Shown: positions 18,309-28,917, numbered from the stretch's first letter. The stretch: 64,000 nt of DNA from Gemmatimonadales bacterium (GCA_007692605.1 REBS01000118.1:45532-109531); one strand, 5' to 3'. Program-made: numbers and translations. The notes: a model not told the origin generated them from the sequence alone.

Positions 18309-19639
18309 GCAGCGCGGGGCGGTCGTCCGGCGGGGCCGCCCCCTCGGTACTCATCCGAGGCGTCGGCCTTCCCGGAGCCGTGTTCATGGGCCTGGGGTCG
18401 ATCGTGGGGACGGGCCTTTTCGTCTCGCTCGGGATCGCGGCGGGCGTCGTGGGCGACGGCATCCTCCTCGCGCTCCCCCTGGCTGCGCTTCTTGCCCTCT
18501 GCAACGGTCTCTCCTCGGCGCAGCTCGCGGCGGCGCATCCGGTCAGCGGGGGCACCTATGAATACGGGTACCGCGTGCTCAATCCGGTTCTGGGCTTTTC
18601 GGCCGGCTGGATGTTCCTGCTGGCCAAAGGGGCGTCGGCGGCGACCGCCGCGCTCGGGCTCGCGGGCTACCTACTCCTGGTGGGTGGCTTCGAGGCCTCG
18701 CGCACCCTGCGCGTCGCCCTGGCGGCCGGGGCCGTCCTCCTCCTGACGGTGCTTCTCCTCGGGGGGATTCGGAGGACGAACCGAGCCAACATTCTGATCG
18801 TGGGGATCACGCTCGCGGTTCTGGCCTGGTTTCTCGTCATGGGTCTCCCCGAAGCCCTGAGGTCGCTGGCGGAGGGGGCCGGCGGAGGGTCCGAGCCCTT
18901 CGACCCATTCGGATCGAGCCCCGGCGCGCTCCTGCACGCCACGGCGCTCCTCTTCGTCGCCTATACCGGCTATGGACGAATCGCCACCCTGGGCGAGGAG
19001 GTCCGCGACCCGGAGTCCACGATCCCCCGGGCGATCTGGATCACCCTTGGGGTGGTGGCACTCCTCTACACGGCCGTTGCCGTGGTCGCACTCGGTACCC
19101 TGGGCGCCTCAGACTTCGCCGAGCTCACCCGCGAGACCGCCGCACCCCTCCAGGCCGCCGCGGCCCTGCTCGAAGCCCCCGGGCTCGCCTTCTTCGTGGG
19201 AGTCGCCGCGGTCACCGCCATGCTCGGTGTCCTCCTGAACCTGATCCTGGGGCTCTCGCGCGTCGCCCTCGCGATGGGCAGGCGCAGCGATCTGCCCCCG
19301 GGGCTCGCCAGGGTCCACTCCGACTCCGGGACTCCCCGGGTCGCGACGCTCACGGTGGGCAGCGTCATCTTCCTCCTCGTCCTCGCCGGCGACGTGAGTC
19401 TCACCTGGACCTTCTCGGCCTTCACGGTCCTGATCTACTACGGGATCACGAACCTGGCCGCACTTCGACTCCCCCCGGAGCAGCGCCGCTACCCGCGCTG
19501 GATCCCCGCCACCGGGCTCCTCGGCTGCCTCCTCCTCGCGTTTCAGGTACCCGTGCTCGTATGGGCCACCGGCACCGGAATCCTCGTCGCGGGGCTGCTC
19601 GCCCGATCCCTTCTCCGTCGGGGCACCGCGGCGCGCTGA
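18305..19639 (+). CDS. APC superfamily amino-acid/polyamine-type permease
   Basis: The TTG start overlaps the pncA stop (TTGA). Shows [15 protein letters not shown] and roughly 12 TM segments. Confidence 0.8.
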   Translation: MSSAGRSSGGAAPSVLIRGVGLPGAVFMGLGSIVGTGLFVSLGIAAGVVGDGILLALPLAALLALCNGLSSAQLAAAHPVSGGTYEYGYRVLNPVLGFSAGWMFLLAKGASAATAALGLAGYLLLVGGFEASRTLRVALAAGAVLLLTVLLLGGIRRTNRANILIVGITLAVLAWFLVMGLPEALRSLAEGAGGGSEPFDPFGSSPGALLHATALLFVAYTGYGRIATLGEEVRDPESTIPRAIWITLGVVALLYTAVAVVALGTLGASDFAELTRETAAPLQAAAALLEAPGLAFFVGVAAVTAMLGVLLNLILGLSRVALAMGRRSDLPPGLARVHSDSGTPRVATLTVGSVIFLLVLAGDVSLTWTFSAFTVLIYYGITNLAALRLPPEQRRYPRWIPATGLLGCLLLAFQVPVLVWATGTGILVAGLLARSLLRRGTAAR

Positions 19640-19746
19640 GTCCGCACCCTTCGCCCGGAGCTTCACGATCCGCCTCGAGCCATTATCTTCGACGGTATCC
19701 ACAGCGCAAAGCGTCCAGGTCCCACTTCAGGAGTTCGATTCGAACC

Positions 19747-21426
19747 ATGGCCGGCCCCCAGTTCATCTACGTCATGAAGGACCTCCAGAAGGTGGTCCCC
19801 CCGAAGAACGAGATCCTCAAGGGTATCTGGCTCTCCTTCTATCCCGGAGCCAAGATCGGGGTCGTCGGGCCAAACGGGTCCGGCAAGAGCACCCTCCTGC
19901 GCATCATGGCCGGAGTCGACACGGACTTCCAGGGTGAGGCGTGGGCCGCCAAGGGTACACGAATCGGGTACCTTCCCCAGGAGCCGGAGCTCGACGATGA
20001 CCTCGACGTACGGGGCAATGTCGAATTGGGGGTTCAGAGCACCCGCGACCTCCTCGGTCGCTTCGAAGAGGTCAACATGGCCTTCGGCGACGTCTCGACC
20101 GACGAGGAGATGGAAGCGCTTCTCAAGGAGCAGTCCCGGCTGCAGGACCGCATCGAGGCCGCAGGGGCGTGGGAGCTGGACCGAAAGGTCGAGATTGCCA
20201 TGGAGGCCCTCCGGCTTCCGCCGCCGGACGCCGCCGTCACCCACCTCTCCGGCGGAGAAAAGCGTCGGGTGGCCCTCTGCCGAACCCTGCTCGAGGAGCC
20301 CGACCTCCTCCTTCTCGACGAACCGACCAACCACCTGGACGCCGAGTCCGTGGCATGGCTCGAGCAGCACCTGGCCGCCTTCCAGGGAACGATCGTCGCG
20401 ATCACCCACGACCGCTATTTCCTCGACAACGTCGCGCAGTGGATCCTCGAACTCGACCGGGGTCAGGGTCACCCCTACGAGGGTAACTACTCCTCGTGGC
20501 TCGAGCAGAAGAGGGCGCGCCTCGCACTCGAAGAGAAACGGGAGTCGGCACGCCAGAAGACCCTCGAGCGCGAGCTCGAATGGATCCGGATGAGCCCGAA
20601 GGCCAAGCAGTCGAAGGGGAAGGCCCGACTCAACTCGTACGAGGAGCTCCTCCGACAGGGCCCCACCGAGCGACAGGGGACCGCCGAGATCCTGATCCCT
20701 CGCCCCGAACGGCTCGGAGAGGACGTCGTGATCTTCGAGGAGGTTTCGAAGGGGTACGACGACCGGCTCCTGATCGACTCCCTCTCCTTCCGGCTTCCGC
20801 GCGGAGGCATCGTCGGCGTGGTCGGCCCGAATGGCGCGGGCAAGACCACCCTCTTCCGGATGATCGTGGGAGACGAGGAACCGGACAGCGGCACGATCCG
20901 GATCGGATCCACGGTCCGGCTCGCCCATGTCGACCAGTCGCGGGCCGACCTCGACCCCGACCGCTCGGTCTGGGAGGAGGTCTCCGGAGGGCACGACGTT
21001 CTCGATTTCGGCTGGCGGGAGATGAGTTCCCGTGCCTATCTGTCCTCGTTCAACTTCAAGGGCGCCGAGCAGCAGAAAAAGGTGGGAGTGCTATCGGGCG
21101 GCGAGCGAAACCGGCTGCACCTCGCGAAGCTGCTCAAGTCGGGTGGGAACGTGATCCTCCTCGACGAGCCCACCAACGACCTGGATGTCGACACGCTCCG
21201 GGCACTCGAGGACGCGATCCTGGACTTTCCGGGGTGCGCGGTCATCATCTCTCACGATCGCTGGTTCCTGGACCGGATCGCGACGCACATCCTGGCCTTC
21301 GAAGGAGACAGCGAGGTCCGCTGGTACGAAGGGAACTACCAGGAATACGAGGACGACCGCCGCAGACGCCTGGGAGCCGAAGCCGAGATGCCGCGACGGA
21401 TCCAGTATCGGAAGCTCGTCCGATGA
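19747..21426 (+). CDS. ettA: energy-dependent translational throttle protein EttA (ABC-F ATPase)
   Basis: Start [19 protein letters not shown]. Two Walker A sites ([18 protein letters not shown]) and two LSGGE signatures. The length is typical of EttA. Confidence 0.9.
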   Translation: MAGPQFIYVMKDLQKVVPPKNEILKGIWLSFYPGAKIGVVGPNGSGKSTLLRIMAGVDTDFQGEAWAAKGTRIGYLPQEPELDDDLDVRGNVELGVQSTRDLLGRFEEVNMAFGDVSTDEEMEALLKEQSRLQDRIEAAGAWELDRKVEIAMEALRLPPPDAAVTHLSGGEKRRVALCRTLLEEPDLLLLDEPTNHLDAESVAWLEQHLAAFQGTIVAITHDRYFLDNVAQWILELDRGQGHPYEGNYSSWLEQKRARLALEEKRESARQKTLERELEWIRMSPKAKQSKGKARLNSYEELLRQGPTERQGTAEILIPRPERLGEDVVIFEEVSKGYDDRLLIDSLSFRLPRGGIVGVVGPNGAGKTTLFRMIVGDEEPDSGTIRIGSTVRLAHVDQSRADLDPDRSVWEEVSGGHDVLDFGWREMSSRAYLSSFNFKGAEQQKKVGVLSGGERNRLHLAKLLKSGGNVILLDEPTNDLDVDTLRALEDAILDFPGCAVIISHDRWFLDRIATHILAFEGDSEVRWYEGNYQEYEDDRRRRLGAEAEMPRRIQYRKLVR

Positions 21427-21465
21427 GCGCCGGGCCGGACCCCCGGATCTGACCGGCCGTCGACC

Positions 21466-21909
21466 ATGGGCTCTCGTCGACCCCGCTCCCGCCGACTCCT
21501 GTTCGCCATCGTGGGGGTCACGGTGCTCCTGCTCTTCTTCATCCGCCGCGCGGGACTGATTCCCGGTGGCGAGGAGCGCTTCAATCCCGCGGACTACGAC
21601 GACGTCGTCTGGATCGTGGCCGAGGATGCCGGCCAGTACCAGGGAGAACGGGTGATCGTCTGCGGCGAGGTGGCCAACACGACCTTCGCGAGTGAGACGG
21701 GAGGCCAGCCCACCTACCTGAACTTCGAGAGACCGTATCCGGACCAGCCCTTCGACGCCGTGATCTGGGGGCGGGACCGGGACCGCTTCCCGTCGCCACC
21801 CGAGTTCCTGTACGCGAACCGTTCCATCTGCGTGGCGGGACGGGTGACGTCCCACCGCGGTGTGCCCCGGATCGAAGTGCGTACCCCGGCCCAGATCGAG
21901 GCGCACTGA
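21466..21909 (+). CDS. hypothetical membrane-anchored small protein
   Basis: Single N-terminal TM ([16 protein letters not shown]) followed by a roughly 110-aa soluble domain. No motif recognised. Confidence 0.55.
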   Translation: MGSRRPRSRRLLFAIVGVTVLLLFFIRRAGLIPGGEERFNPADYDDVVWIVAEDAGQYQGERVIVCGEVANTTFASETGGQPTYLNFERPYPDQPFDAVIWGRDRDRFPSPPEFLYANRSICVAGRVTSHRGVPRIEVRTPAQIEAH

Positions 21910-21958
21910 AGGGGGGCCTTCCCCCGGTTGATGGTCCCCGGGTCCAGGTCTATCGGCC

Positions 21959-23185
21959 TCACCGCCGGGTGTGTTCTCCCATCAGATCGGTGGCCAGATA
22001 GGAAAGGCGCACCAGGTGCGGATGGGCACGGTGTCCATTCGTGAGAATCGCGACCCCCACCTGGCGATCGAGGTTCCCGTGCAGGAAGGCGGTGTAGCCC
22101 CTCACGCTCCCGGAGTGCGCGATATACCGCTCCCCTTCACGCGTCGAGGTCCACCAGGCCAATCCGTACCCCGCGTCCTCTCCTCCCCATCCGCCCGCCA
22201 TGGGGCCGGAAAAATCCCGAAACTGGTGCGAATGCGCCTCCCGAAGGGTCTCGGGCTGTAGAATCTGCCGACCCTGATGCACCCCGTCATTCAGATTCAC
22301 GGCAAGCCATCGGGCCTGATCCTGCACCGTCCCCCACACCTGGCCGGCCGGCCACTCGGCGAAGCGCAGGCGGTCCGCGGGTCGCAGGGGACCGTCGCCC
22401 TCCTCGGGTATGTACGGAATCGCCATACGCTCGACCATTTCCGCCGAGGGAACGAAGTCGGTGCTCCCCATCCCGACGGGCCCGAAGATTCGGTTGCGGA
22501 CCCAGGTGCGAAACTCGATCCCGGTCAATCGTTCGACCAGATACGCGAGAAGCGTATATCCCATGTTCGAGTACTGAACCCGTTCGAGCGGCGCGCTGTG
22601 CGCCTTCATCTCCGACCGCAGGAAGGCAGACATCGGGGTCGGGACGGTGTCGTTCCAGACCGGGACGGGTGAGAAGCTCGAGGGGAGGCCCGACGTGTGG
22701 GTCAACAGCTGTCGGAAGGTGATCGGACGGTTGGGATTCTCCCCGGGGATCTCGAGGTCCCCGAGGTAGTCGCGGACCGGATCGTCAAGATCGAAGCGAC
22801 CCTCCTCCCACAGGCCCAGGATCGCGCTCGCCGACATGGTCTTGAAGGTCGAGGCGACCATGTAGACCGTACTGGGGGTCGCCGGTGACCGCGTGTAAAG
22901 GTTCGCGTACCCGTATCCCTGACTCCACAGGATCTCCTCGCCCGCGACCAGCGCGATGGTGAGAGAGGGGATCCGCCCCTCGGTCATCGCCCGCCGAATC
23001 TCCGGCTCGAGTTCCCGGACTACACGATCCACCCGGATGTCCCCGGGCGCCTGAGCGGAGAGTTGAGCGTCCGGCATCGGGCCGGCCACCATGGCGACCG
23101 TCAGCAGAGCCCACGTGGCACGGCCGAAGAGCATGCCTCGGCCGGGAACCGATCCGAGTTGAACCCCCTGATGCTCGGCAATCAC
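21959..23185 (-). CDS. beta-lactamase-fold serine hydrolase
   Basis: Contains the SxxK motif (ASTFKTMSA) and YSNMGY. The GTG at 23185 overlaps the upstream stop (GTGA). An alternative ATG at 23134 gives a cleaner signal peptide (MLFGRATWALLTV). Confidence 0.75.
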   Translation of the reverse strand: MIAEHQGVQLGSVPGRGMLFGRATWALLTVAMVAGPMPDAQLSAQAPGDIRVDRVVRELEPEIRRAMTEGRIPSLTIALVAGEEILWSQGYGYANLYTRSPATPSTVYMVASTFKTMSASAILGLWEEGRFDLDDPVRDYLGDLEIPGENPNRPITFRQLLTHTSGLPSSFSPVPVWNDTVPTPMSAFLRSEMKAHSAPLERVQYSNMGYTLLAYLVERLTGIEFRTWVRNRIFGPVGMGSTDFVPSAEMVERMAIPYIPEEGDGPLRPADRLRFAEWPAGQVWGTVQDQARWLAVNLNDGVHQGRQILQPETLREAHSHQFRDFSGPMAGGWGGEDAGYGLAWWTSTREGERYIAHSGSVRGYTAFLHGNLDRQVGVAILTNGHRAHPHLVRLSYLATDLMGEHTRR

Positions 23186-23985
23186 CGACGCGCTCCCGGT
23201 GAGCCCTTGAGTTCTCCCCGCTCCAGTCGATCGAGGAGCCCCTCGGCCGCCAGTCGGATCCGCTCCCCCTTGCCCCGGAACGAAGAGCGACCGAGCCCCA
23301 GACCCCCGAGCGCACCCGTCGCGATCCCGACCGCCCCCGCCGCGACGATCGCCGGCGGCGCGAGAACCCCGGCCGAGATCGCAAGCGCCAGGCCTCCTCC
23401 GAGAAACCCGAAGCCTGCGATATGCCCTCCTCCCAGTTCCATTCTCAGATTACGCAGATCCACGGTAAGCGTCACGAAAGAAAATCCGTCTTCGAGGTCC
23501 TGAACCGAAAGCTCCACCTGCCGTGCCTGTGCCAACTCGTAGCGCTGTCCGTGCCATTTCAGCCCCCGCTGGAGCTGAGCGACGAAACCCTCGGCGGGCT
23601 CCCAGAGAGAGAACCCTGCCCGCCGCCTGACGAGATGGAGGCTCTCGGCCTCCGAGAACCAGTGCACCAGACGTTCCTCGGTCTCGGTCGCCTGGCCGGG
23701 GACCACCCGGTCCGCCCGAATCTGTGCCGCGCCGACCAGGCGCTTGAGGATGCCCTTATCCGGAGCGAGGGCGGGGACCAGGGCCTCGGCCCGAACCTCG
23801 CCCAGGGCCCGTCGCATATATTCGGACTCGAGCCCGACCTCGCGACCGATCCGCAACACCTCGGCCTCCGAGAGTTCGCCTTCGTCGGCCGCCCCCTCAC
23901 GAAACTGGAGCTCCGTCGCGCGCCGAATCACCCGATCCAGCTCCCCCCGGTTCAACGGAAGGGAGGCCCCACGTTCCTCGGTCAC
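23182..23985 (-). CDS. hypothetical protein with a C-terminal Gly-zipper membrane segment
   Basis: GTG start. A soluble N-terminal domain is followed by GFGFLGGGLALAISAGVLAPPAIVAAGAVGIATGALGGLGLG. No homology recognised. Confidence 0.55.
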   Translation of the reverse strand: MTEERGASLPLNRGELDRVIRRATELQFREGAADEGELSEAEVLRIGREVGLESEYMRRALGEVRAEALVPALAPDKGILKRLVGAAQIRADRVVPGQATETEERLVHWFSEAESLHLVRRRAGFSLWEPAEGFVAQLQRGLKWHGQRYELAQARQVELSVQDLEDGFSFVTLTVDLRNLRMELGGGHIAGFGFLGGGLALAISAGVLAPPAIVAAGAVGIATGALGGLGLGRSSFRGKGERIRLAAEGLLDRLERGELKGSPGARR

Positions 23986-23987
23986 TT

Positions 23988-24014
23988 CCCCGGTTCCTTG
24001 TCCGGAAACCGGGG
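23988..24014. promoter_or_regulatory. imperfect palindrome or hairpin in the divergent csoR / hypothetical-gene control region
   Basis: CCCCGGTTCC-ttgtcc-GGAAACCGGGG forms a 10-bp stem with one bulge. It ends 3 nt before the GTG at 23985 and 60 nt before the csoR ATG. Confidence 0.3.
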
Positions 24015-24073
24015 TCGTCCTATGCTTTCAAATGATTCACTCACACCCGGTTCGCTCCACCGCAGAGACTATC

Positions 24074-24391
24074 ATGACTCCCGCCTCAGCGCCTGATACC
24101 CCCGAACACCCCTCGGCGGTCGATCCCGACCTTAAGGCCGGAAACCTCACCAGGCTCCGGCGAATCGAGGGACAGATCCGGGGCCTGCACCGGATGGTCG
24201 AGGAAGATCGCTACTGCCCGGAGATCCTGGTCCAGATCTCGTCGGTCCAGGAAGCGCTGCGGGCCGTGAGCCGCGAGGTCATGCGCAACCACCTGGCGCA
24301 CTGCGCCGCCGATGCTCAGGCGCAGGGCGGCGAGGCAGCCGAGGCCATGCGCGACGAGCTTCTGGAGTTGATCTACCGCTACCTTCGCTGA
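24074..24391 (+). CDS. csoR: CsoR/RcnR family metal-sensing transcriptional repressor (C-H-C fingerprint)
   Basis: 105 aa. Shows LRRIEGQIRGLHRMVEEDRYCPEILVQISSVQEAL...NHLAHC, the DUF156 fold, with Cys ... His-x3-Cys as in Cu(I)-sensing CsoR. Confidence 0.75.
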   Translation: MTPASAPDTPEHPSAVDPDLKAGNLTRLRRIEGQIRGLHRMVEEDRYCPEILVQISSVQEALRAVSREVMRNHLAHCAADAQAQGGEAAEAMRDELLELIYRYLR

Positions 24392-24399
24392 CCTCGCGC

Positions 24400-25497
24400 T
24401 CAGCGGCCATCCCCTTCGTCGGCGTAGATCGCGGTGAACGGACTTCCGCCGGCCATGTAGTGTCCCCGATACATCCCCGGAGTGTTCATCACCATCGAGA
24501 GGTGCCCGTCGCGGTCGACCGCCACGACACCGCCGGTCCCCCCGTGGTCGGCAAGCTGGACCATGACCACGGCCTCGGCGGCCTCCTGGAGCGACTCTCC
24601 CCGATGCTCCATCCGGGCGCAGACCTCTCGGGACACGACATTGCGTATGAAGTACTCCCCGTGCCCGGTCGCTGAGACCGCACACGACTCGTTCGAGGCG
24701 TAGGTGCCGGCCCCGATGACCGGGACGTCGCCCACCCGACCGAACCGCTTGTTCGTCATTCCTCCGGTCGATGTCGCCGCCGCGAGATTGCCGTCTCGGT
24801 CCCTTGCCACGGCACCCACCGTGCCGATCATGCGGTCTTGCTCGAGGTGCCAGCTCAGCGTGACCTCTTCGGCCTCCCGAGCCCGCTCGAGCGCCTCCCA
24901 GCGTCGCTCGGTGTAGTAGTATTCGGCGTCGACCTGCGCGATTCCGAACTGCTCGCCGAAGACCTCGGCACCCTCTCCCGCCATCATCACGTGCGGAGAC
25001 TCGTCCATCACCAGGCGAGCCAGTTCGATCGGGTTTCGTACCCGGGTGACGCCGGCGACGGCACCGGCGTTCCGGTCCGCTCCGTCCATCACCGCGGCGT
25101 CGAGTTCATTCGTCCCCTCGCTGGTGAAGACGGCCCCGCGTCCCGCGTTGTAGAGGGAGTCGTCCTCCATGACCATGACGGCCGCTATGACCGCATCCAT
25201 CGCGCTCCCCCCGTCCTCGAGGATCGCGTATCCGGCTTCGAGCGCGGCCTCGAGCGAACGCCGGTAGCCTTCCTCGAGTTCGGGCGTCATGCTCTCGCGG
25301 GTGATCGTCCCGGCTCCTCCGTGGATCACCAGCCCGAATTCCGCTCCGGGCTCCCCGACCGTGTCCGGGCCCGAGGCATCTGCCGCGTTGTCGTCGCAGC
25401 CGACCATCACGAAGACCAACAGTCCTGCGAGAAGTGCGGGGCCCCGCACCCGCCGCAGCCAATCCGCTCCCGTCCCGAGTCCGTCTCGTCCGAACAT
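24400..25497 (-). CDS. isoaspartyl peptidase / L-asparaginase (Ntn hydrolase), lipoprotein
   Basis: RBS GGGAGAG precedes the ATG at 25497. Lipobox VMVGC is present. Shows HGGAGT and the autoprocessing site GTVGAVARD ... TSTGGMTNK. Confidence 0.85.
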   Translation of the reverse strand: MFGRDGLGTGADWLRRVRGPALLAGLLVFVMVGCDDNAADASGPDTVGEPGAEFGLVIHGGAGTITRESMTPELEEGYRRSLEAALEAGYAILEDGGSAMDAVIAAVMVMEDDSLYNAGRGAVFTSEGTNELDAAVMDGADRNAGAVAGVTRVRNPIELARLVMDESPHVMMAGEGAEVFGEQFGIAQVDAEYYYTERRWEALERAREAEEVTLSWHLEQDRMIGTVGAVARDRDGNLAAATSTGGMTNKRFGRVGDVPVIGAGTYASNESCAVSATGHGEYFIRNVVSREVCARMEHRGESLQEAAEAVVMVQLADHGGTGGVVAVDRDGHLSMVMNTPGMYRGHYMAGGSPFTAIYADEGDGR

Positions 25498-25784
25498 ACG
25501 TCTCTCCCTGAGCCTGTCTGAAGAACCTTGAAGTGGGGCGACCTCGCTCGATCCGTCCCCCGTGGATCGCATCGGCCCGCCCTTTCGGCGGCATCTGACG
25601 ATCCATCGACCGACGCTCATGGTGCCGGTCGGAGCGCCTCCCGTCAACGGTGCCGCGAATTTCCAATCCCCGGAGAGGCCCTCCACAGGGCCCCCCGCCC
25701 CATGTCCGCATCTTGTGGGGAGGGCGGGTTCCCACCCACCTTGACTCCGCCGGAGGCTCCGCTCCCCGATCGTGACGAGGCCAC

Positions 25785-26486
25785 ATGAGAATCCTGTACA
25801 TCTTTCCCCACCCGGACGATGAGTGCTTCGGCCCGGCACCCGCGATCGCGCGCCAGATCAGACTCGGCCACGAGGTGCACCTGCTGACCCTCACCCGTGG
25901 CGGGGCGACCAGCCAGCGCCATCGGCTGGACCTCTCGATCGAGGAGATGGGAGAAGTCCGATACCGGGAAATGCTCGACGTCGAGCGAGCGCTCGGGCTC
26001 GACGGCATGGTCGTGCTCGACCTTCCCGACTCCGGGCTCTCCGACATGGATCCCAGGGAGATCGAAGTCGTGGTGCGACATGGGATTCTCGACGTCGAGC
26101 CCGACGTCATCGTGACCTACGCGGTGCACGGTGTGAGCGGCTTTCCCGATCATCTCGTCACCCACGCGGTGGTGAAGCGAGTGTATTGTGAACTCCGGGA
26201 CGGACACTCCGCCCCCCGGCGGCTGGCGCTGTTCACCCTCCCTGATCGCGAGCGCCCGGAAGGCAAGTTCAGCCTCAGCTCCTCCTCGGACGAGAAGATC
26301 GACGCCACCGAGGTCTTCTCGGAGGGCGACCTGGAGATCGCGAAACGGGCCCTCGCCTGCTATGTCAGCTACCACGAGGTGATCGAGCAGACCCGGCCCC
26401 TCGAGCAGATCGGCCATGCGGTCCACTTCGAACTCTTCCAGGAGTCGTTCGACCCCTGGCTCGGCTCGATCGTCGAGGAGCTCTGA
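25785..26486 (+). CDS. PIG-L (LmbE-like) family deacetylase
   Basis: ILYIFPHPDDECFG is the PIG-L metal-binding motif, followed later by HGVSGFPDH. Confidence 0.8.
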   Translation: MRILYIFPHPDDECFGPAPAIARQIRLGHEVHLLTLTRGGATSQRHRLDLSIEEMGEVRYREMLDVERALGLDGMVVLDLPDSGLSDMDPREIEVVVRHGILDVEPDVIVTYAVHGVSGFPDHLVTHAVVKRVYCELRDGHSAPRRLALFTLPDRERPEGKFSLSSSSDEKIDATEVFSEGDLEIAKRALACYVSYHEVIEQTRPLEQIGHAVHFELFQESFDPWLGSIVEEL

Positions 26487-26487
26487 T

Positions 26488-27321
26488 TCAGGACACCAGG
26501 AACCGGTGAACCGACTCCAGCCAGGCCGTGGGGGTCTCGAAGTGGGTCGTGTGCCCGGCACCGGGAAGCGAGACCCGCTCCCCTCGCGGGAGTCGTCGCT
26601 GCATCTGTCGGGCGATTGCCTCGAACTTGGTGTCGAGGCTTCCGGTCACCAGCAGGACGGGGGCGGTCAGCTCTGCCAGGTCGTCCCAATAGGAGGGCTG
26701 ACGGCCGGTTCCCATCCCCCGCAGCACCGCGGCAAGCGCGTGGGGCTCGTTGCGCATCCGGATCCGACGCATCGCCTCGCGCTTCGACTCGGGCATGCGC
26801 TTCTGAGATTCGAAGAGCGGCAGATCCATCCAGAAGGAGACGAAGGCTTCGACGCCCTCGTCGATGATTCGGTCCGCAAGGGCCGCGTCGTGGCGCCTTC
26901 GCTCGGCACACTCACGCTCGGTGGCAAGACCGGGCGAGGCCCCTTCCAGCACCAGCCGCGAGACCACCACGGGGCTCTCGATCGCGACGGCCAGTGCGAG
27001 TCGCCCTCCCATCGAATACCCGATCCAGTGGGCGCACCGATAACCGAAGGCCCCGGGAATCTCCGCCAGGGCCCCCACGACCTCCTCGAAGCGCGGGGGA
27101 GCTTCGGGATCGACCGGACTCAGCGCCTGGGACCGGCCATGCCCCGGCAGGTCGACGACCAGGAGGGGCCCGATCTCGGAGAGGCCCTCCACGAGGCCGG
27201 CTCCCCAGCTCTCGCCCGATCCCGTGAAGCCATGCAGCAGAACCAGGGGGACTCGTCCGGATCCCCGGGGGGGAACCTCACGGACCCGGAGACCTCCGAC
27301 GGGATCCGGGTCAGCCGTCAT
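26488..27321 (-). CDS. alpha/beta-fold hydrolase (MenH-like)
   Basis: Shows LVLLHGFTGSGESW, DLPGHGRS and the nucleophile elbow GYSMGG. It overlaps the upstream gene by 11 nt. Confidence 0.75.
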   Translation of the reverse strand: MTADPDPVGGLRVREVPPRGSGRVPLVLLHGFTGSGESWGAGLVEGLSEIGPLLVVDLPGHGRSQALSPVDPEAPPRFEEVVGALAEIPGAFGYRCAHWIGYSMGGRLALAVAIESPVVVSRLVLEGASPGLATERECAERRRHDAALADRIIDEGVEAFVSFWMDLPLFESQKRMPESKREAMRRIRMRNEPHALAAVLRGMGTGRQPSYWDDLAELTAPVLLVTGSLDTKFEAIARQMQRRLPRGERVSLPGAGHTTHFETPTAWLESVHRFLVS

Positions 27322-28909
27322 CCACCCGCCGGAAGGTCACATCGCGGGTGTACCACGCCGGATAGAGTCCCACCTGCAGGAGATCGGGTCTCAGGGTCCA
27401 GCGCACGTGCAGGGCGTCGACATCGCCTCGGTCATCCCTGGTGAACCAGACGAATTTCTCGCGCTGCGCGGGATTGCGGTACGACGCCCGGAAGGTGTCG
27501 TGATGCCAGTGCTCGAGGTCCAGCGTCTGGCTCTCGTCTCCCCAGAACTCCAGCACCAGCCCCTCCTCGCCCATCCATACCCGGGCGTCGGCATAGAGCG
27601 AGTCGGCGAAGGTGCCCGCGAAGGCCTCCACGGGCACCGAAGGACTCGTGCCTTCCTGCCGTGCGGCGTGGATCGAGTCCCGAGCCGCCTGCGCGCGCTC
27701 GAAGGCTCCCAGGTAGTTCTGCCGGTACATGCGATCCCACGGTCGATCCTCGATTCCGAGGAATCGGTCGACCACTCGGTTCGCCAGGGCGTTCATGAAG
27801 GAATTGAAGGTGTTCGTCGTGACGATCACCCCCAGGTTCTCTCCGGGCACCAGGACCAGGTTCGTGTTCATCCCGTCGGTCGCCCCGCCGTGCTGTGAGA
27901 TCCGGTGTCCCTCGTACGTCGAGAGGCGCCATCCGAGTCCGTACGATGCCAGGTCCCCCGTGATCCCCTGATCCGGGATCCGGTTCTGCGCGCGATGCAT
28001 CTCGCGGACGGTGGCCGGATCCAGCAACCGCACGCCATCGACCTCGCCGGGATCCCCGAGATGAAGACGCATCCAGGTGGTCAGCTCCTGTACCGAGGTG
28101 TTCACGGAAGCCGAGGCCCCAACCGCGTCGAAATTCCTGCGCGGGATCTCGACCACCTCTCCCTCGATCTCCTGATGGGGCCAGGCGGCGTTCGGATCGT
28201 CCCCGATCCGGGTGATCGAGGTGTTGCTCCGTTCCATCCCGAGCGGGGCAAAGATCCGGGACTCCACGAAATCTCCCCAGCTCAGGCCCGAGACGGCCTC
28301 GATCACCTCGCCGGCGACCATGTACATCACGTTCGAGTAGACGTAGCCGTTGCGAAACGACTGCTCGGGCTCGGCATACCGCATTCGATGAACGAGTTCG
28401 GAGCGATCCCGATTGGGAAGCCACTGGAGCCGATTTCCAGTCATCCGGCCAACCCCGACCCGATGGCTGAGCAGATCCCGGATCGTCACCGTGCGAGTCA
28501 CCCCGGGATCATACAGTTCGAACCCCGGAAGATGCTTGACCACCGGGTCGTCCCAGTCGACGAGGCCGTCCTCGACGAGCAGGCCCATGGCTGCGGCGGT
28601 GAACGCCTTCGACACCGACGCCACCCCGAAGAGGGTGTTCTCGTCGACGGGGGCATCCTCTCCCTTCCTCAGAACCCCGTAGCCCCTCGAGTAGACGACC
28701 TCTCCATCCTTGACGACCGCCAGTCCGAGCCCGGGGATCCCCCATTCCACCATTCCCGCTTCGACGAAGTCGTCGAGCCCTTCGATCGGGGCCGGCTGGG
28801 CCTCGAGGAGCCCAGGAGAGCCCAGGAGAAGAGCCACGAAAAGCGCGCAGAGTGTTCGGCTGGAAGACCGGGTGCGTATCATCGGGAGGTCCGCTCGTTC
28901 AGGATTCAA
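27311..28909 (-). CDS. beta-lactamase-fold serine hydrolase with a C-terminal extension, secreted
   Basis: Contains SxxK (ASVSKAFTAAA), YSNVMY and a signal peptide. The start may instead be the ATG at 28882 (MIRTRSS...). Confidence 0.8.
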   Translation of the reverse strand: MNPERADLPMIRTRSSSRTLCALFVALLLGSPGLLEAQPAPIEGLDDFVEAGMVEWGIPGLGLAVVKDGEVVYSRGYGVLRKGEDAPVDENTLFGVASVSKAFTAAAMGLLVEDGLVDWDDPVVKHLPGFELYDPGVTRTVTIRDLLSHRVGVGRMTGNRLQWLPNRDRSELVHRMRYAEPEQSFRNGYVYSNVMYMVAGEVIEAVSGLSWGDFVESRIFAPLGMERSNTSITRIGDDPNAAWPHQEIEGEVVEIPRRNFDAVGASASVNTSVQELTTWMRLHLGDPGEVDGVRLLDPATVREMHRAQNRIPDQGITGDLASYGLGWRLSTYEGHRISQHGGATDGMNTNLVLVPGENLGVIVTTNTFNSFMNALANRVVDRFLGIEDRPWDRMYRQNYLGAFERAQAARDSIHAARQEGTSPSVPVEAFAGTFADSLYADARVWMGEEGLVLEFWGDESQTLDLEHWHHDTFRASYRNPAQREKFVWFTRDDRGDVDALHVRWTLRPDLLQVGLYPAWYTRDVTFRRVDDG

Positions 28910-28917
28910 AAAAAGTG

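Noticed and set aside
19731-19747. tRNA-like T-loop strings: GGAGTTCGATTCGAACC upstream of ettA, and GGTTCGATG / GGGATTCG at 48395-48417.
   Set aside because: No flanking acceptor, D or anticodon stems of correct length could be drawn. The best acceptor-like pairing at 48372/48422 encloses only about 57 nt. No tRNA gene is supported anywhere in the window.
25498-25784. The 287-bp GC-rich divergent spacer, with stems such as CCCGCCC...GGGCGGG (25694-25728), considered as a possible small RNA or riboswitch.
   Set aside because: No recognisable conserved RNA motif (RNase P, SRP, tmRNA, 6S or a common riboswitch core) could be read. GC-rich sequence forms such stems by chance.
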